DNA of 64,000 nt from assembly GCA_965218435.1 (NCBI GenBank), contig CBDCKW010000009.1, positions 2,240,001 through 2,304,000 on the forward strand, given 5' to 3'. The position numbers and the translations under genes are program-made. Within the stretch, counting starts at the first letter, position 1. Every line of letters starts with the position of its first letter. Positions 39,490-49,279 of this stretch are shown here, piece by piece. The notes below the pieces were generated by a model, which was given only the letters and a program-made list of their open reading frames with translations, did no database searches and was not told the origin of the DNA. This DNA is from Truepera sp. GTDB taxonomy: Bacteria; Deinococcota; Deinococci; Deinococcales; Trueperaceae.

Positions 39490-41265
39490 ATGTTTTACAA
39501 GTTTTTTTGTAAGTTTATCGTACCGACGCTGCTCCTAACCTTGGGCGGACTTGCCGCCGCACAAGACCTTACTAAGCTGCTCCCTGAAGAGACCTTTTTA
39601 GCTTTAGGGATGCAAGACCTCGAGGGCGCGTCAACCAAGTTAGAAGACTTTAGCGCCGAGTTCAAGCGGCTCGATGTGCTGGGCGCATTGACGGCGCTGG
39701 CCGAGAGTAGTGGCCCAAGCAGCGCGTCCGGCGGCGCAGCATCAGGTGGCATGATGTCGGGCGGGGCGATGGCTGCTGCGCAGAACCTAAGCTCAGACGA
39801 AAAGCAAGCCCTCGAGGACTTGACCAGCCTCGACGTGCTCGGGCAAGAGGCGTGGATTGCACTTTCGGCTTCGCCCTACAGCCCACTTCCGGCCCTGACG
39901 TTAGTCACCCGCGTCACCCCCGCCGGAGCCAAAAAAGTCCAGGCCCTGTTAGCTAAAGCGGACACTCAAGGGGTTCAAACGCTCGAAGAGAGTGGCGCGA
40001 CGTTCTATCAGCTCGAGCTTAAAGGCGTCGAACCGCTGCAAGTTCTCGCCTATACCCTGACCGACGATCTGCTCGCGCTCTCGACCAATCCCGATGAGCT
40101 GCGCGGCGTCTTGCGCCGCTATGAAGGCGCAGACGAACCCAACTTTGAAACGGGCAAGCCTTACCAGAGCACCCTCGGCACACTCCGTCAGGGCACCTTT
40201 TACAGCTTTCTCGACTACGCCCGTATCGCTGAGGTGGCCGCGCCCTACGCGCAAAACTTCGGCTTTGATCCGTTAGTTAAACGCCTCAGCCAAGCGTTGA
40301 CGACCGCCGGAGCCGCGGGCGGCGTCGTGACGCTGACCAATGACGGTTTGCTCAGCGAAGGCTTCCAAGCTACGAACCGTGACGGCGGCGACGCGTCACT
40401 ATACGCACTTCTAAACGCAGACACCCCCGCCGCAACTGACGTCACGGTTCCGACCGAGGCGCTCAGCTTTTCGGCGACTGCGTTTAACTTCAGCGGTTGG
40501 TACGACTACTTAAACGAACTCGCGCACTCCGTGCCCGAACTCGGCGGCGACCTCGACAGCCTCGTCTTATCATTTACCGGCCTCAACTTGCGTGAAAGCG
40601 TCTTTAGCTGGACGGGTGACCAACTCGTCACGGCGACAACCGGCCTCAGCGCCCCGGCCCAACCAGGGGTTCCGAGTGACAACCTGTTAGGTGAAGGGGT
40701 CTACCTGATCAAAACGAAAAATGCGGCGGCGGCAGAGCGTGGGCTCGGCGAGTTGCTACAGAGTATCAGCCAAATGACCAGCAATTTAAGCAGTGCTCAA
40801 GGAAGTGGGGGGCAGCCGCAGCGGAGCCAAGCAACCCTTGCAGGGGCGAACGTCACCCGCTTCGACCTCTCCCCCGGCGCGACGCTCTTTTACACCGTTC
40901 AAAATGGGTACGCTCTGATCGGAACGAGTGAAAAAGCGATGACGGCGGCCCTTAGTGCCCAAACCGGCGAGGGGCAAACCGGCCTCTTTTCGGCTGTCCC
41001 CAAGGGCGCGACGGGTTACGCCTACGCGGACGACCGGGCGACCTACCAAAACCTTGCTCAGACGCTTAGCTCACAGATTCAAACTGCTGCGGGAATGGGC
41101 GGCGGCGCGAACTTAGACTTTGCCGCCGTTGAAAAGGCCAGTAGCGTCGCCGAGAAGTTTTTATCGTTTGTCGCTACGCGCCTGAGCGACAGCACGTCGT
41201 ATACCGAACGTGCGGACGGCGGTATCCAAAGTCACGCGGAAACGGCGGTCAGCTGGCAAGAGTAA
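39490..41265 (+). CDS. Exported hypothetical protein (DUF3352-like)
   Basis: Signal peptide ending AAA-Q, LLPEETFL N-terminus; GGAGG RBS. Confidence 0.75.
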   Translation: MFYKFFCKFIVPTLLLTLGGLAAAQDLTKLLPEETFLALGMQDLEGASTKLEDFSAEFKRLDVLGALTALAESSGPSSASGGAASGGMMSGGAMAAAQNLSSDEKQALEDLTSLDVLGQEAWIALSASPYSPLPALTLVTRVTPAGAKKVQALLAKADTQGVQTLEESGATFYQLELKGVEPLQVLAYTLTDDLLALSTNPDELRGVLRRYEGADEPNFETGKPYQSTLGTLRQGTFYSFLDYARIAEVAAPYAQNFGFDPLVKRLSQALTTAGAAGGVVTLTNDGLLSEGFQATNRDGGDASLYALLNADTPAATDVTVPTEALSFSATAFNFSGWYDYLNELAHSVPELGGDLDSLVLSFTGLNLRESVFSWTGDQLVTATTGLSAPAQPGVPSDNLLGEGVYLIKTKNAAAAERGLGELLQSISQMTSNLSSAQGSGGQPQRSQATLAGANVTRFDLSPGATLFYTVQNGYALIGTSEKAMTAALSAQTGEGQTGLFSAVPKGATGYAYADDRATYQNLAQTLSSQIQTAAGMGGGANLDFAAVEKASSVAEKFLSFVATRLSDSTSYTERADGGIQSHAETAVSWQE

Positions 41266-41386
41266 GGCGGTTACAGCGGGCTATAAAGAAGTCGGCAGAT
41301 AGAGTTCAGTGGTCGGTAGCCTGGTCAAATTGGCGTCTCTCACGCACTTGGGACATGGGAACAGAAGCGAACGTCAAGACGACTGG

Positions 41387-41416
41387 AAGGGGACTCGAGC
41401 TCGAGTTCCCCTTTTT
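41387..41416 (+). terminator. Terminator built on tandem CTCGAG sites
   Basis: AAGGGGACTCGAG-CTCGAGTTCCCCTTTTT. Confidence 0.75.
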
Positions 41417-41431
41417 ATGTAAATTCAGACG

Positions 41432-42031
41432 CTAGAGTCGCCAGTACGCGCCCCCGCCGCCCTCACGGGCCATCAGGCCGTGCTCGACCAGACTGCGGCG
41501 AAGCCGTGCTGTATCGGCGCTAAAGCGCCTCAGCCGTTCGTTGACCTCACGTTCGGGGTAACGGACGCCGGGTTCAAACGCGCTGAGGACGTGCCGGAGC
41601 AGGACTAGATATTTTTTCTGCTGGACCGGAAACGCGGTGATGGCCCCGGTTTCGTCGGTAAAGGTCCCTAAAACTTTATGGTCGAAGGCGGACAGGTCAA
41701 CCGACTCAGCGAGGTCACCGAGGCCGTTTTCACCGAGAAGCAGCTTAGCCTGCTCTTGCAACTTATCTATCCGGAGCGAATAGACGCTGTAATAGCCCTC
41801 AGCTTTCGCCTCGACGAGGCCGACCTTAGCAAGTTTGCGTAGGTGATGCGACACGGTGGGGCTGCCAACGTCTAACAGGGCGGCCAACTGCTCGACGGTG
41901 TAAGGTTGCTGCGCGAGGAGTCCCACGATTTTGAGGCGGTTGGGGTCGGCGAGAGCTTTGAAAAAGGCGACGAGGGTCGCGGTGTGAACGGCGGCTGGCG
42001 TCTCGAGCTCATTTTCTATTTCGTTAGTCAT
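41432..42031 (-). CDS. ArsR-family HTH regulator with C-terminal DUF2087-like domain
   Basis: FKALADPNRLKI, TVSHHLRKL; YPEREVNERL..DTARLRRSLVEHGLM. Confidence 0.9.
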   Translation of the reverse strand: MTNEIENELETPAAVHTATLVAFFKALADPNRLKIVGLLAQQPYTVEQLAALLDVGSPTVSHHLRKLAKVGLVEAKAEGYYSVYSLRIDKLQEQAKLLLGENGLGDLAESVDLSAFDHKVLGTFTDETGAITAFPVQQKKYLVLLRHVLSAFEPGVRYPEREVNERLRRFSADTARLRRSLVEHGLMAREGGGGAYWRL

Positions 42032-42062
42032 AGATTTAGTTTTACAATTATCGAATAGCTTG

Positions 42063-42671
42063 TCAAGTTTTAGCACCCAAGAGCGCCCGCCATACCCTTG
42101 CAACCTGCTCGCTCAGCTCAGCAGGTTCGCCGCTGTTGTCAATGACAAAATCAGCACGTTTAACCTTCTCTTCTAGGGGTAGTTGGGCGGCGTCCCTGGC
42201 ATGAACTTCATCGGGGCTCAGGCCGCTGCGGACGGTAACTCGGGCCACGCGTACCGCCAAAGGCGCGTCAACGACCACGGTGTTGTCCATCTCAGCGTCT
42301 AACCCCACCTCAAAAAGTAGCGGGACGTCGTGAAAGATGACCACGGGAGGCGAGCTTCGAGAGGCGAAAGCGGCAACTTGGGCCTCGCGTTGACGCGCTA
42401 CCCACGGATGGATAATCGCGTTAAGTTTCGCTCTCGCCTCCGGCGCATTGAAGACCACCTCGGCAAGTCCGGCGCGGTCTAACTCGCCCGCTTTGATGAG
42501 CCCGTCACCAAACGTCTCAGCGATTTCTCTCAGCACATCCGGGTCCAGGGTCGCGGCGCGGGCGAGCGCGTCGGCGTCAACCACAGCGGCCCCACGCGCC
42601 GCAAAAAGCTCGGCCACCGTAGATTTTCCCGACCCGATATTGCCGGTCAGCCCGACGTTTAAGGGCGGCAT
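42063..42671 (-). CDS. coaE: Dephospho-CoA kinase
   Basis: GLTGNIGSGKST, DADALAR, LNAIIHP, DVPLLFE, ADFVIDN. Confidence 0.97.
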   Translation of the reverse strand: MPPLNVGLTGNIGSGKSTVAELFAARGAAVVDADALARAATLDPDVLREIAETFGDGLIKAGELDRAGLAEVVFNAPEARAKLNAIIHPWVARQREAQVAAFASRSSPPVVIFHDVPLLFEVGLDAEMDNTVVVDAPLAVRVARVTVRSGLSPDEVHARDAAQLPLEEKVKRADFVIDNSGEPAELSEQVARVWRALLGAKT

Positions 42672-42691
42672 AGCCTCATATACTTCTTTTC

Positions 42692-44038
42692 ATGCGCTGG
42701 TTTTGGGGACAGAGAAAAAATACCGGGATTGACATAGCGCAGTTTACGCCGCAACCGAGCGCCGGGTATCTCGTCGGGGGCGCGGTGCGCGATACGCTGC
42801 TGAGTCGTCCGGTCAGGGACTATGACTGGTTAGTTGAGAAGCCGAGGCTCGAGGCTGAACGTGCCGCCGCAGAACTCGGCGGGCGAGCGTTTTGCTTGGA
42901 CGAACGCCGCGACCACTGGCGGGTGGTTACGGGCGAGCTAACGAGAGATTACACACCGCTCGGGGAGTTGGAACAGGGTGACTTAGAAGAAAATTTACGG
43001 GCTCGAGACTACACCGTCAACGCTATCGCTGCTGGCCCAAACGGAAACCTTACCGATCCGACCGGAGGACTTGCCGACCTCAAAGCCAAACGGCTACGAA
43101 TGGTCAGCGAGGCGAACCTGCAAGCTGACCCGGTACGCGGGTTGCGTGGTGTCAGGCTGGCGGCGACGCTTGCGTTTAACTTGGACGCCGCCACGGAAGC
43201 GGCGGGCAAACGTCACGCAGCCCTGTTAGAGAGTGGTGAGACTCCGCTACCCGCGTGGGAACGCGTTGGCGACGAGCTAACCCAACTTTTGCTCAGTGAC
43301 AACGCCGCACCGGGGTTTGGGCTGCTGCACCGAGTGGGACTGTTGCAGGTCTACTTGCCCGAACTCGCCCAAGCGGACGGCGTGACGCAGGGCGGCTTTC
43401 ATCATTTAGATGTGCTGGGGCATTCTTTAGAGGCGCTCCATCAACTCGTGCAGGGCTTTCCTGACGCTGAGCTTCCTCTCCGCTGGGCGACACTTTTACA
43501 CGACGTCGGCAAACCCGCAACCAAAACTTTTGAGCCGGACGGGACACACTATCACTTTTACGGTCACGACAAACTCGGGGCTGAGCTGACTAGGGGGATA
43601 CTGGGGCGGCTCCGCGTACCCACCGCAGTAACCGAGCGGGCGGCGCAGCTGGTGCGCTACCACATGGTGCAGCTGCCGAAAAATGACCGCGAGGCGCGGC
43701 GCTTCATCCACCGTCGGCGCACCCTCTTGCCCGACCTGCTCAAACTGATGATCGCCGACCGTGAGGCGGCGCGTGGGCCGATGTCGTCCGAGGCGAGCCG
43801 CCGGGGGTACCAGCTGGCGCTGGCCCGCGTGTTGGAAATCATGAACGAAGCGCCGCCGAAAGCGCCCCTGTTAGACGGGCGCGACGTGATGCAACTCTTA
43901 AACCTCTCACCGGGGCCACGCGTCGGCGAGGCGGTGCGCTTTGTCCACGAGGCTGAAGCGGTCGGCGACGTGAAGACCGAAAAAGAGGCTGAAGCTGCCT
44001 TGCTCCACTACGCCGAGGTACAAGGCTGGAGGAAGTAG
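42692..44038 (+). CDS. Class II tRNA nucleotidyltransferase/poly(A) polymerase family with HD domain
   Basis: GGAVRD..DYD, ARDYTVNA, DPVR, LLHDVGK, FYGHD; TATACT 7 nt before ATG. Confidence 0.9.
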   Translation: MRWFWGQRKNTGIDIAQFTPQPSAGYLVGGAVRDTLLSRPVRDYDWLVEKPRLEAERAAAELGGRAFCLDERRDHWRVVTGELTRDYTPLGELEQGDLEENLRARDYTVNAIAAGPNGNLTDPTGGLADLKAKRLRMVSEANLQADPVRGLRGVRLAATLAFNLDAATEAAGKRHAALLESGETPLPAWERVGDELTQLLLSDNAAPGFGLLHRVGLLQVYLPELAQADGVTQGGFHHLDVLGHSLEALHQLVQGFPDAELPLRWATLLHDVGKPATKTFEPDGTHYHFYGHDKLGAELTRGILGRLRVPTAVTERAAQLVRYHMVQLPKNDREARRFIHRRRTLLPDLLKLMIADREAARGPMSSEASRRGYQLALARVLEIMNEAPPKAPLLDGRDVMQLLNLSPGPRVGEAVRFVHEAEAVGDVKTEKEAEAALLHYAEVQGWRK

Positions 44039-44162
44039 GAAGTAGAGTGCAGAAGATGCTGACTCGAGCAAAAAATGGTGTAGTTGTTCCAGAACGCAGC
44101 GATAGGGCGGCTTTCAGCACGTCGTCAATTAGCTTGGGGCTGATTGAGGGGTAAAGTCACCT

Positions 44163-45137
44163 ATGGCTACGCTGATTTTGACGCAAGCAGAAACTGAAAG
44201 GTTACTCGAGCCTCTGTCCCTACTCGAGACTATCCGCAAGGGGTTTATCGCCGCGTCGGGTGCTGAGATTACCCCTCAGCGCACCCGCACCGACCTTCCC
44301 CAAAACGGCGCGGCGGCGACCGTTCTTTTCCCCGGTTTACTCCCCGAGATTCCGGCCTACACCGTCAAAGTTCACGCCAAGTTTCCCGGTAGCACTCCGG
44401 CGATTCGTGGTCTGATTCAGCTTTTTGACCTCCACACGGGTGAACTGCTGGCAGTGATGGGGTCCGGTTACCTTACCGCGCTACGAACCGCGGCGGCGGG
44501 CGCAGTCGCCGCCGACGTGCTTGCCCGCGCCGATGCAAGCCGCGTTGCACTCATCGGCGCGGGCATACAAAATGCGTGGCAGCTTACGTTACTCGCTTAC
44601 GTCCGGCACCTCCGCACCGTGACGGTATACGACAACGTGTCCCTTAAAACCGGCCCCTTCGTCCGGCGCATAGCCGAAAAAACCGACGCCAAGGTCATCC
44701 CGGCAGATTCGCTGACCGAAGCCGTGGCAGACGCCGACATCGTAGTTACGGCGACCTGGGCGAGAGATCCGTTTCTCTACCCTGAGTTTTTAACACCGGG
44801 CGCACACGTCACCACGCTCGGCGCGGACGAACCGGGCAAAGCCGAAGTGTCCGCCGACCTGATTTTGGCGAGTAGATTTTTTTGTGATGATAGAGCGTTG
44901 GCGGTTGGGGGCGGCGCTGTCGGCAACGTCGGTTTAGGAGACGAGGCGATTACCGGAGAGCTGGGCGACGTAGTGGGCGGACGTGTTCCGGGACGGCTGG
45001 GGGACGAGTTGACGGTTTACGGCGGGGTAGGTTTGGCGTGGATGGACCTGGCGGCGGCGTGGTTGGTCTATCAGGAGGCGCTGACAGCAGGCGTGGGGCG
45101 GCGCGTTGACTTTTTAGCAGACGTTTCCACGCGTTGA
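44163..45137 (+). CDS. Ornithine cyclodeaminase/mu-crystallin family protein
   Basis: YLTALRTAAAG, GAGIQ, ADIVVTAT, GLAWMDLAAA. Confidence 0.92.
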   Translation: MATLILTQAETERLLEPLSLLETIRKGFIAASGAEITPQRTRTDLPQNGAAATVLFPGLLPEIPAYTVKVHAKFPGSTPAIRGLIQLFDLHTGELLAVMGSGYLTALRTAAAGAVAADVLARADASRVALIGAGIQNAWQLTLLAYVRHLRTVTVYDNVSLKTGPFVRRIAEKTDAKVIPADSLTEAVADADIVVTATWARDPFLYPEFLTPGAHVTTLGADEPGKAEVSADLILASRFFCDDRALAVGGGAVGNVGLGDEAITGELGDVVGGRVPGRLGDELTVYGGVGLAWMDLAAAWLVYQEALTAGVGRRVDFLADVSTR

Positions 45138-45161
45138 TCAGACCGTTCAAACGCGTAGTTT

Positions 45162-45221
45162 ATTTGCCATATCACAATTTACTATGCCACAATTTACTAC
45201 GCCACAATTTGCCGTGTCACA
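45162..45221. repeat. Tandem repeat, 4 x 15 bp
   Basis: ATTTGCCATATCACA / ATTTACTATGCCACA / ATTTACTACGCCACA / ATTTGCCGTGTCACA. Confidence 0.85.
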
Positions 45222-45335
45222 AAAGGGCTCGGTTGTCTCGAGCGAGCACATCAAGGTCTACAGCTCAAACCTGACAAACTGGAACGTTTAATCTACTTTG
45301 ATTCAATTGACTGGCTCTGCGCAATCCGAACACGC

Positions 45336-45368
45336 TTCAACCTACCTTTAACATTCACCGCGTATTTT
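45336..45368 (+). promoter_or_regulatory. Regulon promoter P1 (direct repeat plus -10)
   Basis: TTCAACC-TACC-TTTAACA-N9-TATTTT. Confidence 0.75.
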
Positions 45369-45516
45369 TTCCCTTGTCCGAGCCGACCGGCCCGGTCATC
45401 TCTTGAGAGGATACCCAGCATTTACCAACTGTAAAACGAGTGAGCGTGCATTCCAGCCCAGCCACCGCCCGCGCTCACCCGAACCCCCAACCGGCGATGA
45501 GAGAGAAAGAAGTCTT

Positions 45517-46335
45517 ATGCAAACAGCCGCGCGTCAACCTGCTTTTGGTAATGTCACTGTGCAAGGGGTACTCAGCCGAGTTCCCGAAGTCACCCTTATC
45601 TTCTGGATTATCAAAATTTTATCTACTACCGTCGGCGAGACCGCCGCCGACTTTTTAGCCGTTACGCTAAACTTCGGTCTAGTAGGTACATCAACCGTGA
45701 TGGGCATTCTGCTCGTCATCGCGCTCGCCAATCAGCTCCGGTTAAAACGCTATGTCCCGGCGAGTTACTGGACGGTCGTGGTGCTGACGAGTATCGTCGG
45801 TACGCTCGTTACCGATTACCTTGTAGACGACCGCGGCGTTACTCTAGTTACTACCACGGTCATCTTTTCAGGAATTTTACTCGCTATCTTCGTTACTTGG
45901 TACGCAAGGGAAAAAACCCTCTCGATGCACTCGATTACGACCTTACCGAGAGAGGCTTTTTACTGGGCCGCGATTCTTTTTACGTTCGCGCTGGGTACGG
46001 CGTCGGGTGACCTGATTGCCGAGAGCTTCGGCTTGGGTTACGCCCTCTCGCTTGTGCTCTTTGCTAGTCTGATTGCGCTGATTGCCGTGGCGCACTTTGC
46101 GTTCAAACTTAACGGCGTATTAGCTTTCTGGCTGGCGTTTATCTTGACCCGCCCACTCGGAGCTTCAACGGGTGACTGGCTCTCGCAACCCGTAGCTGAC
46201 GGGGGACTCGGTTTAGGAACGGTCACGACGAGCTTTATCTTCCTGGCCGTTATCGTCAGTTTAGTAGTTTTTATCACGCTGAGGCAGCGGCGGCAGGGGC
46301 CACCGGTGGCAGAACCGGAACCGGCTCAGGTTTAG
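45517..46335 (+). CDS. COG4705/DUF347-like membrane protein
   Basis: SRVPEVTLIFWIIKILSTTVGETAAD, REAFYW, TFALGTASGD, ILTRPLGAS.GD. Confidence 0.9.
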   Translation: MQTAARQPAFGNVTVQGVLSRVPEVTLIFWIIKILSTTVGETAADFLAVTLNFGLVGTSTVMGILLVIALANQLRLKRYVPASYWTVVVLTSIVGTLVTDYLVDDRGVTLVTTTVIFSGILLAIFVTWYAREKTLSMHSITTLPREAFYWAAILFTFALGTASGDLIAESFGLGYALSLVLFASLIALIAVAHFAFKLNGVLAFWLAFILTRPLGASTGDWLSQPVADGGLGLGTVTTSFIFLAVIVSLVVFITLRQRRQGPPVAEPEPAQV

Positions 46336-46360
46336 CGTAGTAACCTTCTCAGGTTTGCTC

Positions 46361-46392
46361 GACCGACGCGCATTTCGACGCGTCGGTTTTTT
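46361..46392 (+). terminator. Rho-independent terminator
   Basis: GACCGACGCG-8 nt-CGCGTCGGTT followed by T-tract. Confidence 0.8.
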
Positions 46393-46551
46393 ATGGGTTA
46401 TAGCTCGAGGCTGAGGGCACAGCTACGGATTTTGGTGCGTTTTTAGCAGGTTTGGCGCTCGTAACCTTCATCATTAAAGGTTTTGCTGATGAGGACAAAT
46501 CCCAGAAATGAAGCTGATTATTAAGCTAATGACCGGCTCGTGAGCGTTTCT

Positions 46552-46584
46552 CTCCACCCCCCTCCAACATTCACCCGCTACCTT
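46552..46584 (+). promoter_or_regulatory. Regulon promoter P2
   Basis: CTCCACC-CCCC-TCCAACA-N9-TACCTT. Confidence 0.75.
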
Positions 46585-46626
46585 GACCCTAGCCAAGAGG
46601 ATTTCACCTTTGGCGAAAGGAGCAAG

Positions 46627-47145
46627 ATGAAGCAGCACCTCAAAACCCTCGTGCTCGGCGGCACTCTGGTCGTCGGCTCGCTAGGCACAATGGTCGCCCT
46701 GGCTCAAACTTCGGGCGGCGCGGCCACGCAAACGCAGGGTCAGACACAGCAGCCCGCATCTACCGGCTCGATTTCCTTACCTCAGGAAAATCAGGGCGAA
46801 GATGCGGAAGCCGCCGCCTATATGAGCATGGCGAAGGTCACGTTGGGGCAGGCAGTCAAGGCGGCCCAGACTTCTCTAGGCGTAACTACTGCGCCGAGTT
46901 CAGCCCAGCTCGGTAACGAAAACGGCTCGCTCGTCTGGGAAGTCGTGATCGGTCAGCAAAGCGTTGCAGTTGATGCTGGCAACGCTAAGGTACTCCAGAC
47001 TCAGCCGATTAACGCGCCCGAAATGGCCGACAACGGCGAAAATTACGATCAGGGACAAGACGGCGAAAGCTACGATCAGGGCGGGCAGGGCAACGCTCAA
47101 CAAGAACAAGGCGGCGAGTCCAACAACATGGAGGACGGCAACTAG
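46627..47145 (+). CDS. Exported PepSY-like protein with acidic tail
   Basis: Signal peptide ending ALA-Q; AKVTLGQAVKAA..LGNENGSLVWEV..VAVDAGNAKVL; AAGGAG RBS. Confidence 0.82.
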   Translation: MKQHLKTLVLGGTLVVGSLGTMVALAQTSGGAATQTQGQTQQPASTGSISLPQENQGEDAEAAAYMSMAKVTLGQAVKAAQTSLGVTTAPSSAQLGNENGSLVWEVVIGQQSVAVDAGNAKVLQTQPINAPEMADNGENYDQGQDGESYDQGGQGNAQQEQGGESNNMEDGN

Positions 47146-47177
47146 GCCGACCGACAGTCCCTCAGCGTTTGACACCG

Positions 47178-47205
47178 ACCCCCTCTAATCAGGGGGTTTT
47201 TCTTT
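47178..47205 (+). terminator. Rho-independent terminator
   Basis: ACCCCCT-CTAATC-AGGGGGT followed by TTTTCTTT. Confidence 0.75.
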
Positions 47206-47238
47206 GAGCCGCCGTAAAAATGCGCGGACGCGCGACGC

Positions 47239-47271
47239 TTCAACCTCCCTCCAACATTCGGCGCTTAACGT
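47239..47271 (+). promoter_or_regulatory. Regulon promoter P3
   Basis: TTCAACC-TCCC-TCCAACA-N9-TAACGT. Confidence 0.8.
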
Positions 47272-47312
47272 AAGCGTGTTGCCGGGGTCAGACCGGCATA
47301 AAGGAGTTGACG

Positions 47313-47900
47313 ATGAAACGTCCACTAACCGTCTATTTGCTGACCGGCACGCTCACACTCGTCGCAGTGTCGCCCGCCTTAGCCCAAACGAACGCACCTA
47401 TCCCGGCGCAGCAGCAACCCGTAGCGCCAGAGGTTAATCCACCCGGGGATATTCCTGACACGCAAGCGTTTGTGACCTACCGCTCACCTCAAGGGTTTCA
47501 TTTAGAGGTGCCTGAAGGCTGGGCGCGCTCGAGTACAAAACAAGGCGCACACTTTGCCGACAAATACGGCAGCGTGGACGTGCAGGTAAGTACGGCAAAA
47601 AATGCGCCGACTGTCAGCAGTGTTCAGCAAACGCAGGTCGCCGCGCTCATGGCCTCGAACCGCGCCGTTCAGGTAAGTCAGGTGCAAGCCGTGCAGCTTC
47701 CGAGTGGGCAGGCCGTGCGGATTGACTACGCCTCAAACTCGGCCCCAAACCCGGTAACGAACAAGCAGATTCGGCTCGAGAACGCCGACTACCTCTACTA
47801 CCAAAACGGTGAACTCGTCACAGTGACGTTTTCTGCACCTTACGGGGCCGACAACGTTGATCAGTGGCGTTACATGTCCGAAAACTTCGGCTGGAACTGA
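47313..47900 (+). CDS. Exported protein, PsbP/Mog1-like fold predicted
   Basis: Signal peptide; NPPGDIPDTQAFVTY, VPEGW, PYGADNVDQW. Confidence 0.75.
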   Translation: MKRPLTVYLLTGTLTLVAVSPALAQTNAPIPAQQQPVAPEVNPPGDIPDTQAFVTYRSPQGFHLEVPEGWARSSTKQGAHFADKYGSVDVQVSTAKNAPTVSSVQQTQVAALMASNRAVQVSQVQAVQLPSGQAVRIDYASNSAPNPVTNKQIRLENADYLYYQNGELVTVTFSAPYGADNVDQWRYMSENFGWN

Positions 47901-47901
47901 G

Positions 47902-48597
47902 ATGGACACCTCTGCTAGTACGACAGCAGTTTTAGCAGCGCACGACCTCTACCGCTTTTTCCACACCCCTGAAGCGGAAACGCTCGCCCTGCGCGGCGTC
48001 AGCTTAGAGCTTCAGCGAGGCGAAACCGTCGCGGTGATGGGGCCGTCCGGGAGCGGCAAATCTACGCTGCTCGCGTGTCTAGCTGGTCTCGACGAACCTG
48101 ACGGCGGTCACGTCGAGCTCTTAGGTGAGCGGCTAACCCGCCGCCCTGAAACCGTGCGGGCCGGTTTACGGGCCAAGCACATCGGGATTTTGCTCCAGTC
48201 GGGTAACTTGCTCGGGCACCTAAGCGTCGAGGAAAACGTGCAGCTCTCCCTGCAGTTGGCGCACCAACCCAGCCGGGAGCGCATCACCGAACTTTTAGAG
48301 GCGGTCGGATTACGAGAGCGCCGCGCCGCCTACCCCGCCGAACTTTCAGGTGGGGAGACGGCGCGGGCAGGGCTCGCGGTCGCGCTCGCTGCCGACCCCG
48401 CCGTACTGTTAGCCGACGAACCGACCGGCGAAGTAGACGCGGAGACTGAAGGGCTGCTTTTAGAGCTGCTCGAGCACCGCAGACAGCAGGGTTACACCGC
48501 CCTGATTGCCACCCACAGTCCCGCGCTGGCGGCGCACGCCGACCGCACGGTTCACTTAAGAGATGGGAGCATCACCCATGACCAGACCTATAACTAA
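47902..48597 (+). CDS. ABC ATP-binding protein (LolD/MacB-like)
   Basis: GPSGSGKST, LSGGE, LLADEPTG, ATH. Confidence 0.95.
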   Translation: MDTSASTTAVLAAHDLYRFFHTPEAETLALRGVSLELQRGETVAVMGPSGSGKSTLLACLAGLDEPDGGHVELLGERLTRRPETVRAGLRAKHIGILLQSGNLLGHLSVEENVQLSLQLAHQPSRERITELLEAVGLRERRAAYPAELSGGETARAGLAVALAADPAVLLADEPTGEVDAETEGLLLELLEHRRQQGYTALIATHSPALAAHADRTVHLRDGSITHDQTYN

Positions 48598-49279
48598 ATC
48601 TGTGACGAAGCCTCTCGTTTCCGTGCGGCAAGCAGGCCGGGTCTACGATCAGGGCCACAAACCCGTGACCGCCCTCGAGTCCGCCTCGTGTGACGTTTAT
48701 CTGGGGGCGCGGATTGCACTCGTCGGCCCTTCGGGAAGCGGTAAATCTACATTGCTGCACCTGATGGGGGGGCTCGAGTCCCCTACTTCGGGAAGCTTGG
48801 CTTGGCCCGCCCTCGACGCCCGTAAACCGCTCCGCCCCGAACAGGTGGCGTTTGTTTTCCAAACCCCCAGCCTGATTCCATCTTTAAGCGTCGTGGAAAA
48901 TGTCGAACTGCCCCTCTTGCTGGCTGATAAGGGCGACGCTCGCTCGGCAGCTTTGGCGGTGTTGGAACGGCTCGAGCTGGCCGCACTCGCCGACAAACTC
49001 CCTGAAGAACTCTCCGGCGGGCAGGCGCAGCGCGTCGGGGTGGCGCGGGCGCTCGCCTATGCGCCCAAGCTTGTCTTGGCCGATGAACCGACCGGACAGC
49101 TCGACGGGCCGACCGCCGCGCACCTCTTTGATGTGTGGCTGGAGGAACTCGAGGATACAGAAACCGCCCTCGTCGTCGCAACCCACGACCTGCGCGTCGC
49201 CGAAAGACTCGGTGAGGTGTGGCAGATGAAGTTTGGGCGGCTCGAGACTGCGCCCCACTACGAGGAGGCGTTCATATGA
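48578..49279 (+). CDS. ABC ATP-binding protein (second subunit)
   Basis: GPSGSGKST, LSGGQAQR, VLADEPTGQLD, ATHD. Confidence 0.95.
   Translation: MTRPITKSVTKPLVSVRQAGRVYDQGHKPVTALESASCDVYLGARIALVGPSGSGKSTLLHLMGGLESPTSGSLAWPALDARKPLRPEQVAFVFQTPSLIPSLSVVENVELPLLLADKGDARSAALAVLERLELAALADKLPEELSGGQAQRVGVARALAYAPKLVLADEPTGQLDGPTAAHLFDVWLEELEDTETALVVATHDLRVAERLGEVWQMKFGRLETAPHYEEAFI

Noticed and set aside
45162..45221. Possible CRISPR array
   Set aside because: Repeats are contiguous with no spacers and there are no cas genes in the window
46466..46513. Hammerhead-ribozyme-like core (CTTCATC...CTGATGA...GAAATGAAG)
   Set aside because: Stem III could pair, but stem I does not form and stem II does not close directly onto GAAA. 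An Infernal search with hammerhead models would be needed to revive it
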